From positions 30,001-62,000 of the forward strand of contig CAYZRF010000002.1 of the NCBI GenBank assembly GCA_964480775.1: DNA of 32,000 nucleotides, in the 5' to 3' direction. The stretch's first letter is position 1; each line of letters opens with the position of its first letter. Under the pieces are notes generated by a model. That model ran no database searches and had not been told where the DNA came from. It worked only from the letters and a program-made list of their open reading frames with translations. Both the position numbers and the translations under genes were made by a program. Positions 25,844 through 32,000 of the stretch are shown here, one piece after another. The stretch comes from an uncultured Nitrososphaerota archaeon (GTDB taxonomy: Archaea > Korarchaeota > Korarchaeia > Korarchaeales > Korarchaeaceae).

Positions 25844-25916
25844 GGGCCGGTAGTCTAGTGGCTATGACGCCGCCTTGACGAGGCGGAGGTCGAGGGTTCG
25901 ATTCCCTCCCGGCCCA
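25844..25916 (+). tRNA. tRNA-Val (anticodon GAC)
   Basis: Acceptor GGGCCGG/CCGGCCC, anticodon arm CCGCC-UUGACGA-GGCGG, T arm GAGGG-UUCGAUU-CCCUC, discriminator A. Confidence 0.95.
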
Positions 25917-26652
25917 CTATCTTCTTTCGAATAATTGGTCTCTCCAATAATAGCTGTATTGAGACCTCGTCATTGTCTCTGAGATCCAACTCTTTCCTAA
26001 GGTTCTTATCACTTATGATCTCTAATACCTCATCGCTATAATGGCGTCTTTCAGCGTAGATAGCATAACAGATCAGAGCATTATTTATTCTAATGGGAAG
26101 GGCGACCACAAATCCAAAAGTTCTTCCTTCTTCCTTAAATCCTGGAATGTAGACCGCAACCGGACATGAAACTCTCCATTTACGAACCTTTTGCACATCT
26201 TGTGAGGCTTTTATCCTCAGGTTTAAAGTACCAGGGAAAGGTGTCCGACCTAGGAGTTCCTCAAAGGCTTTTAGATAGCCTTTTCGCGTGACGTAGTAAG
26301 CACCCTCTCCCATTCCCGTAAACACTTGTCCCTTAACGATAAGCTTTCCTTCAAGCAAACGAGTAGAGAATATTGGGTCTAGAACACGATAGATTCCTCT
26401 AAGAGCCCTATATCCCTTATCATTTAATCTAACCAAATATTCTCCCTTCTTTCCTCTTTCAATTATGATATATCCAGAATTATAGGCCTCACGAAGCCAC
26501 CTGCTGAGCGTAGCCTTAGAGATCTTTAGCCTATGGATAAGTATTTTGCTACTAACTGAACGTACATGCCCTGAGAGCTTGACTAGCTCTATTAGAAGGT
26601 ATTGGGTTCTTGCCTTCATTCCAATGGCTTCTTCCTTCATTGATTTCACCAA
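25855..26652 (-). CDS. ribK: CTP-dependent riboflavin kinase fused to an N-terminal wHTH (COG1339 type)
   Basis: N-terminal HTH LKISKATLSRWLREAYNSGYI. Kinase domain VFTGMGEGAYYV...PFPGTLNLRI. The last ~20 codons run antisense through tRNA-Val. Confidence 0.85.
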   Translation of the reverse strand: MVKSMKEEAIGMKARTQYLLIELVKLSGHVRSVSSKILIHRLKISKATLSRWLREAYNSGYIIIERGKKGEYLVRLNDKGYRALRGIYRVLDPIFSTRLLEGKLIVKGQVFTGMGEGAYYVTRKGYLKAFEELLGRTPFPGTLNLRIKASQDVQKVRKWRVSCPVAVYIPGFKEEGRTFGFVVALPIRINNALICYAIYAERRHYSDEVLEIISDKNLRKELDLRDNDEVSIQLLLERPIIRKKIVGREGIEPSTSASSRRRHSH

Positions 26653-26669
26653 GCTCGTTATTTTTATGA

Positions 26670-27296
26670 TTAGAGGAAAGACCCAGTTCTTTTATAAAAT
26701 AAAAGCTCTGAAAAAGTTTTATCCAGTAAAGATCTCCCTACATCGACTTTGTGTCTTATTGGAATTAAAGAATTTGGATATGCAAACTGCGAGATCTCTT
26801 CGACTAAGATTTGCATCCATTCTAGAAATCGATCTGCCAGGCGCAGGTCGTTATTACTAATTGCGATCAAAATCTCCCTTCTAAGTTCCCCAATTACATC
26901 TGCTACACCTAAAGCATAGGTAGGTATTCCCACACCTAAATCTTCGGGGCTAGGAATAGGCTTATCCTCTACAATTGATAATAATACCTCAACTTCAACT
27001 AGTTCTTGCTTTACAGGCTTCAAAATGTTGTTTATCAAACATAACAGTTCTCCATCCGAATTATTAGGACACAACTTTTCTATTTCCTTGATTTTCCCTT
27101 TAATTGTAGTAACTAGATCCTTAACTCCTGAAAGGTCACCTGAATGAATTAAATTCATTGCTCTTCTGCAAGAAGATAACAGGTTCCTCCTATCGTTAAG
27201 GATTTTATTTCTAATGTTATCCAGCTCATCTAATTTCGTCCTTATACGTTTAAATATCTTCCTAAAGCGTTCTCTTCTATCTTTTGGAAGGGCCAT
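26670..27296 (-). CDS. Translin-family protein (COG2178-like)
   Basis: All-helical, about 200 aa, with YALGVADVIGELRREIL resembling the translin signature. Assignment is from memory of the family. Confidence 0.6.
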   Translation of the reverse strand: MALPKDRRERFRKIFKRIRTKLDELDNIRNKILNDRRNLLSSCRRAMNLIHSGDLSGVKDLVTTIKGKIKEIEKLCPNNSDGELLCLINNILKPVKQELVEVEVLLSIVEDKPIPSPEDLGVGIPTYALGVADVIGELRREILIAISNNDLRLADRFLEWMQILVEEISQFAYPNSLIPIRHKVDVGRSLLDKTFSELLFYKRTGSFL

Positions 27297-27372
27297 CTTT
27301 TGATTGAAACTTTTGAGGTTTATTAAGTCTTTATTTTAAATCAAAGCACACCATATTCTCCATGGAACGTAC

Positions 27373-28356
27373 TTGCCGAAAAGAGTTACATTGCAGGAAT
27401 ATGCAAAAAGAATGCTAGAAAAGCAGGGTTATAAGATAGTATTGAATCATTCAGCTGTAAAACCTTGTTATTGGTTCAGAGAGGCTATGATGAAAGGTAG
27501 AACTTGCTATAAACATAAGTTCTATGGGATTCCTACTTGGAGGTGTCTCCAAATGACTCCAACAGCTTCTTTCTGTAATTCTCAATGCATATATTGCTGG
27601 CGCCTAAATGCTAGTGACGTTCCTCCAAGATTCCGCTGGAAGGAGATTCCTGATCCTGACGAAGAGTGGGATGATCCAGAAGAAATAGCTGAGGAAAGCA
27701 TAAAATTACATAGACTTCTTATCCAAGGCTACAAGGGTGTGCGTGTTTTCAGCAGGGAATGGTTGTATGAGGCTGAAATCCCGGCCCACGCCGCAATCTC
27801 TTTGACAGGAGAGCCAACTTTATACCCATATTTAGGAGAACTTGTTGCTGCTTACAAGAGAAGAGGGATGACTACGTTTATAGTGACAAATGGAACTTTA
27901 CCAGAAAGATTAGAAAAGCTCTCTACTGAGCCAAGTCAGCTTTACATAACAGTACCAGCTTGGGAAGAAAACCTGTACAAGAGAGTTACAAGACCTCTGT
28001 GGCCCGATGCTTGGCAGAGACTTCTAAAATCTCTCGATTTGTTACAATCCTTTTCGTGCCCTACGGTTATGAGGATAACCCTTGTAAAAGGCCTTAACAT
28101 GTCTAATCCGGAAGGATACGCAAAACTTATTGACAATTTCAATCCGACTTACGTAGAACCGAAATCGTATACTTACGTAGGATATTCACGCAGAAGACTA
28201 CCTAGAGATGCAAGCCCCTCTCATGTAGAGATTAAAGAATTTGCTGAAAGGTTGGCCGCCAAAACAGGTTATAAGATCTTGTCAGAGGCTCCGGAGAGCG
28301 GAATAGTTTTGTTATCTAGGCTTGATAAGCCAATCAAATTGTCGCCCGCGAGGTGA
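27373..28356 (+). CDS. taw1: tRNA 4-demethylwyosine synthase Taw1 (radical SAM, TYW1 homologue); TTG start
   Basis: KQGYKIV..HSAVKPCYW...CYKHKFYGI..WRCLQMTP...CNSQCIYCWR closely parallels archaeal Taw1 N-termini and the CxxxCxxC cluster. Confidence 0.9.
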   Translation: MPKRVTLQEYAKRMLEKQGYKIVLNHSAVKPCYWFREAMMKGRTCYKHKFYGIPTWRCLQMTPTASFCNSQCIYCWRLNASDVPPRFRWKEIPDPDEEWDDPEEIAEESIKLHRLLIQGYKGVRVFSREWLYEAEIPAHAAISLTGEPTLYPYLGELVAAYKRRGMTTFIVTNGTLPERLEKLSTEPSQLYITVPAWEENLYKRVTRPLWPDAWQRLLKSLDLLQSFSCPTVMRITLVKGLNMSNPEGYAKLIDNFNPTYVEPKSYTYVGYSRRRLPRDASPSHVEIKEFAERLAAKTGYKILSEAPESGIVLLSRLDKPIKLSPAR

Positions 28357-29050
28357 TTTTTTGAGAGTTACACTACTAATTGGTGGGTATGTTTTCGATA
28401 GGGTTGTCAAAGAAGGTACGCAATTAATAACGGAATACGTACACACGATATTAGAAGCAAACGAAAAAGGTCACGAATTTGCTATAGTTGCTGGAGGAGG
28501 AAAGCTTGCAAGAGATTATATAAACATCGCTAGATTATTAGGAGCTTCTAAATCAGTTTTAGATGATATAGGAATATTGTGTACTAGGCTCAACGCATAT
28601 CTCTTGATTTCTGCCTTAGGAGGTAGGGCATACCCTCATCCACCATCAAACTACAAAGAGTACTTATCTGCTTTTTTAACAGGTAAAATAGTCGTCTGTG
28701 GCGGTATGAGTCCAGGCCAGTCTACGGATGCTGTTGCTGCCTTGATTTCAGAGTATCTAAATTCCGATTTAATGATCAAGATGACTTCAGCAGAAGGAGT
28801 GTATGATAGACATCCAAGTGAAGCCGGAGCTAAATTGATCCCCAAAATTACATATTCCAACGCCAGAAAAATAATTTCAGAGTATTCTTATGATCCTGGA
28901 ACTTATGAGTTGATCGACCCAATTGCTCTAAAGATTTTGGAAAGGAGCAACATTCCTTGCCGAATAGTTCATGGTAAAGACCCTAAAAACATCCTTAAAG
29001 CTATCAAGGGTCAGGATATAGGAACACTAGTTTATGGTGAATTGTGTTGA
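28322..29050 (+). CDS. pyrH: UMP kinase (archaeal type); likely start at TTG 28361
   Basis: RVTLLIGGYVF, VAGGGKLARDYI, GGMSPGQSTDAVAALI. Confidence 0.9.
   Translation: MISQSNCRPRGDFLRVTLLIGGYVFDRVVKEGTQLITEYVHTILEANEKGHEFAIVAGGGKLARDYINIARLLGASKSVLDDIGILCTRLNAYLLISALGGRAYPHPPSNYKEYLSAFLTGKIVVCGGMSPGQSTDAVAALISEYLNSDLMIKMTSAEGVYDRHPSEAGAKLIPKITYSNARKIISEYSYDPGTYELIDPIALKILERSNIPCRIVHGKDPKNILKAIKGQDIGTLVYGELC
28350..28356 (+). promoter_or_regulatory. GAGGTGA Shine-Dalgarno-like heptamer containing the taw1 stop codon
   Basis: Exact GAGGTGA. TTG 28361 (LRVTLLIGG...) lies 4 nt downstream. Confidence 0.45.
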
Positions 29051-29424
29051 GTTTCAAAACTTGGAGGCGTAGAGGAAAGAAAGGAATTCCGAAGATTAAA
29101 CTTTCTTATAAGACGAAGTTTATCCTGCTAGAAATAATATATGGAGCAATACTAGGCGCTATGTCTTTTATAACTGCGTTTTTGATAGCGGAATTTTCAG
29201 TCTGGGTATTTCTCCAGTGGATGTTTGCCGTAGATAGAATACTAATACTGTACTACTTATTCTTTGCTCTAATAAACGGGCTATTTTTCTTCATTCCGAT
29301 CTATAATAAGAGACCCATTCAGTTGATAGCCGCGGCTGTACTTGTAGTGATTATATACTTGCTGTTGACGAAACACTTCGCATTTGATCCGATCGTTACA
29401 GTTTTCGGCCCACCAAACTACTAA
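29044..29424 (+). CDS. Small polytopic membrane protein, unknown function
   Basis: Three to four hydrophobic segments. GTG start overlaps the pyrH stop. No family recognised. Confidence 0.5.
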   Translation: MLSFKTWRRRGKKGIPKIKLSYKTKFILLEIIYGAILGAMSFITAFLIAEFSVWVFLQWMFAVDRILILYYLFFALINGLFFFIPIYNKRPIQLIAAAVLVVIIYLLLTKHFAFDPIVTVFGPPNY

Positions 29425-29448
29425 CTAATGTATTTTAATGAGAAATGG

Positions 29449-29523
29449 TGCTCCGGCCGGGATTTGAACCCGGGTCTGGGGCTCGAGAGGCCCCTATGCT
29501 TGACCGGACTACACCACCGGAGC
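29449..29523 (-). tRNA. tRNA-Glu (anticodon CUC)
   Basis: Acceptor GCUCCGG/CCGGAGC, D arm GUGU..GCAU, anticodon arm GGGGC-CUCUCGA-GCCCC, 4-nt variable loop, T arm CCGGG-UUCAAAU-CCCGG, discriminator A. Confidence 0.95.
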
Positions 29524-29545
29524 ATGGTTTTTCCATAACATATTC

Positions 29546-29555
29546 TTATTTAAAA
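29546..29555 (-). promoter_or_regulatory. TATA-like box upstream of tRNA-Glu
   Basis: The minus strand reads TTTTAAATAA about 23-32 nt upstream of the tRNA 5' end. Confidence 0.35.
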
Positions 29556-29575
29556 CTTGATATTATAACTCTTCT

Positions 29576-30205
29576 GTGAAGAAAATACCATACAAAGGTC
29601 AAAACTTGGTAATATGTATAACAGGAACTCCTGGAGTGGGTAAAACGAGCGTTTCTAGAAAAGTTGCTGCCCTTTTAAATGGAAGGGTAATAGACGTGGG
29701 CTCATTGATATTAAGAGAAAAATTATTTTTAAGCTATGATGAGTACCGAGACACGTATGTAGTAGACGAGGAAAGCCTAAGAACTCATCTAAAAGGAATG
29801 TTGACTAAAGAAAGACATAAAGGTGCGATAAGTATCATTGACACACATTTACTAGGGGTCCTTGAAGACCTAGATGTAGACTACATCATAGTGTTAATAT
29901 GCGACCCACTCCTCTTGTTTAACAGAATTCTATCAAAGAAAGTTTCTCTCAGAAAGGCAGTTGAAAACGTAGTCTCGGAATTTCTAAATCAAGTAATAGT
30001 AGAGGCGCATCAAATCTTCAATAAAAGTAAGATATTGATTATAGATACTTCTTGTAAAAGCATTGATGCAATAGCAAGCGAAATAATAGACCTTGTTATT
30101 TACAGAAAGTTATCAACAAACAAAAATGCTAAGAAACTCACAGATTGGTCTTTTAGAGCGCCTTGGATTTCAAAAATTCTTTCTTCCGCTTATAGTAGAA
30201 CTTAG
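29576..30205 (+). CDS. Fap7/AK6-like putative adenylate kinase / NTPase (COG1936 type)
   Basis: ICITGTPGVGKTSVSRKVA P-loop, IIDTHLL, YIIVLICDP. The C-terminal tail overlaps the convergent ATPase gene. Confidence 0.8.
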   Translation: MKKIPYKGQNLVICITGTPGVGKTSVSRKVAALLNGRVIDVGSLILREKLFLSYDEYRDTYVVDEESLRTHLKGMLTKERHKGAISIIDTHLLGVLEDLDVDYIIVLICDPLLLFNRILSKKVSLRKAVENVVSEFLNQVIVEAHQIFNKSKILIIDTSCKSIDAIASEIIDLVIYRKLSTNKNAKKLTDWSFRAPWISKILSSAYSRT

Positions 30206-32000
30206 GAGCAAGTGAAAACAAATAAGTCAAATCTTCATCTTCTAGCTCAGGCGGTAGATACTCTGGCTCTATTTTGATTCTTGGAATCTCTGAAGAGTTT
30301 CTAAGTACTACGATACATTCACCAGTTCTTAAATGATGGATTTGATGAGCGATTTTTCCAATAGCCTTTACAGATGGTCCAAGCAAGCTGTGGATGAAAG
30401 ATACATCCTGAGTAGAGCCCAAAGCGTGAATAATTTTTGTTGACGCATTTCTTATGATGTGCGAAGATAGACATGAAGGAGACTGGGAGATCACTATGAA
30501 ACCCTCCCCATACTTTCTTAATTCGGAGATCATTCTATCTCCAATGGTCAGTCCACTAAGGTCTGTTAACATAGGCAGGACTCTATCGGCTTCCTCTAAC
30601 ACCGTTATGTGCCTTACTCCACTAGTTCTTCCCTTCTCTTTGTTGTAGTAGTATATTCTTCTTAGTAACGTGAAGACAAACACCTCTCTGACGCCTTGTG
30701 TAGCAATGTCTCTTAGTTCTATGCTAATTAAGCCGCTCATAAGATCTTCCATTCTAGGTAAACTCTCCTTACACAGAACTTTTCTGGCCTCTCCTCTAAC
30801 CAGGGGATAAATTCTCCTCAGAAGAGCTCTTTTACTTTCCTGTTCGGCTTGGCCGGTGGTTTCAAAAGCAGCAATTTCCTCATACAAATCGATAAGTGTT
30901 GGTGATTCTCCCTTTGTCGCCTGATCTCTCAAACGAATAAGTCCTTTCAATAGAAGGTATGTTTGTGGAGGAGTTAGGCCAAAAATGATAGTGAACTGCT
31001 CTGCAATTTCGTCTAACATGGATTCACCGGCATCTTCGAGGCCTTCTAGTACGTTAATCGACAACAAATCACTATCTATTTTAGGAGATATCACTCTGCC
31101 GCCCATTAAAAGAACTATGTCTCTATATTCGTTCTCATAATCAAAAATAAGAACAGGAATTCCAATTTCCCATATTTTTGATACCAGAAACTTTGAAGTC
31201 GTGGTCTTACCAGAACCAGTCCTTCCGAGTATGGCGGTATGATGACATAAGTCCTTTAGGCTTAGTTTAACTACTGAACCGTTAGGTTTTCTACCTAACT
31301 CCACTGACAAAGATTCGACTGGGTTTGTTGGTACACCTTCTTTGAGAATTATTCGAGCCAAAGCTAGCTGAAAACGAAAAAGAAGACCATCTGAGAGAGT
31401 TCTTAAGCGAGAGCCCTTCAAGGCTACAACATCCCAATTATCTCCTAATCGAGCTTTTATCGTGCTCTCCGCTCTGTCCAGCATCGATTTTGCTACTTTT
31501 AATCCTCCTACATCCTTCTCATTTACCCAAAGCAGGATTACTCTACTTTGAAAAACCTCTGCACTTTGATCGTTGTTCGAACACATGGTAAGATCTATCC
31601 AATATTTCTGGGGTTTTTTAGGAGAGCACACCATCATTAGAGAGGAATTAATACCCATATGGGCTAGTATCTCCGCTATTTGAGAGAATTTCGTTTCTAT
31701 ACTATTATCTTCAGAAGAACTAAGCTCTAGAGCCTTTACTAAGACACGATCATTCTTAATGTGAATTAGAATCTTGTCTTGAGTAAACAACACTTCGCTT
31801 AGGTTAGGATTTCTTTCGATTCTACTGCTATGAGATAAATCAGCTCTAAAATATAACACAAGAAGCGGTACGAAAATAACTAAAATCAAAACTCTAACAT
31901 CAACACTCATCAAAATTGGTAAGGCTCTTTTGTAAACTTCATACGCGATCAAAAGAGCTAGAAGACAAAAAGGGAATAAGTTAGATACCTCTTTACTTCC
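30153..32000 (-). CDS. Membrane-anchored HerA/VirB4-type (DUF87-like) ATPase; the frame stays open to the window edge, so the N-terminus may lie outside
   Basis: Walker A ILGRTGSGKTT, Walker B-like HITVLEEADRVL, N-terminal hydrophobic VRVLILVIFVPLLVLYF. Codons 31953-32000 (GSKEVSNLFPFCLLAL) contain no stop. Confidence 0.8.
   Translation of the reverse strand, partial: GSKEVSNLFPFCLLALLIAYEVYKRALPILMSVDVRVLILVIFVPLLVLYFRADLSHSSRIERNPNLSEVLFTQDKILIHIKNDRVLVKALELSSSEDNSIETKFSQIAEILAHMGINSSLMMVCSPKKPQKYWIDLTMCSNNDQSAEVFQSRVILLWVNEKDVGGLKVAKSMLDRAESTIKARLGDNWDVVALKGSRLRTLSDGLLFRFQLALARIILKEGVPTNPVESLSVELGRKPNGSVVKLSLKDLCHHTAILGRTGSGKTTTSKFLVSKIWEIGIPVLIFDYENEYRDIVLLMGGRVISPKIDSDLLSINVLEGLEDAGESMLDEIAEQFTIIFGLTPPQTYLLLKGLIRLRDQATKGESPTLIDLYEEIAAFETTGQAEQESKRALLRRIYPLVRGEARKVLCKESLPRMEDLMSGLISIELRDIATQGVREVFVFTLLRRIYYYNKEKGRTSGVRHITVLEEADRVLPMLTDLSGLTIGDRMISELRKYGEGFIVISQSPSCLSSHIIRNASTKIIHALGSTQDVSFIHSLLGPSVKAIGKIAHQIHHLRTGECIVVLRNSSEIPRIKIEPEYLPPELEDEDLTYLFSLAPKFYYKRKKEFLKSKAL

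Noticed and set aside
29213-29221. TCCAGTGGA, resembling the core of crenarchaeal ORB origin-recognition boxes
   Set aside because: It is a single copy inside the 126-aa membrane-protein ORF. It has no inverted partner, no flanking AT-rich unwinding region and no adjacent cdc6, so it is most likely a chance match.
1-32000. CRISPR arrays, rRNA genes, IS elements, integrases
   Set aside because: No regularly spaced direct repeats, rRNA-like GC-rich blocks, DDE/HUH transposase motifs or tyrosine-recombinase motifs were found on either strand.

Overview
This window looks like chromosomal core DNA from a thermophilic archaeon of TACK/Thermoproteota-like type. The evidence is AT-rich DNA, GC-rich stable-RNA genes and bulge-helix-bulge (BHB) tRNA introns. 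It is densely packed with information-processing genes.

Replication genes:
- gins23-like gene followed by mcm. mcm runs off the left edge, is missing from the ORF track, and carries two in-frame inteins.
- rfcS and rfcL.
- An Orc1/Cdc6 gene.

Translation and transcription genes: the rpl7ae-rps28e-rpl24e-aIF5B-rps6e-aIF2gamma block, rps2 and rpoN.

Other genes: proteasome beta subunit, RNase Z, Nog1-type GTPase, NAD kinase, type-2 IPP isomerase, a MEMO-like protein, Taw1, UMP kinase, wHTH-fused riboflavin kinase, a translin-like protein and a Fap7-like kinase.

Stable RNAs: five tRNA genes, Leu-CAA, Thr-GGU, Gly-UCC, Val-GAC and Glu-CUC. Thr and Gly have canonical 37/38 introns.

Items most worth a second look:
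1. rfcL has no canonical in-frame start. It lies in the same frame as rfcS, separated by a single TGA.
2. A 78-nt GC-rich intergenic element with a K-turn-like base and its own TATA box is a candidate unclassified sRNA.
3. The double-intein mcm, whose large intein has a degenerate LAGLIDADG core and an HTH-like segment.
4. An accessory-looking cluster next to tRNA-Val: Orc1/Cdc6 plus an overlapping small wHTH gene, a type-I membrane protein, and a divergent Orc-like AAA+/wHTH ATPase.
5. A membrane-anchored HerA/VirB4-type ATPase at the right edge, possibly CedB-like.

No CRISPR array, rRNA, transposase or integrase was recognised. All calls rest on reading the sequence and remembered family motifs. 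No database search was run, and start codons are provisional.
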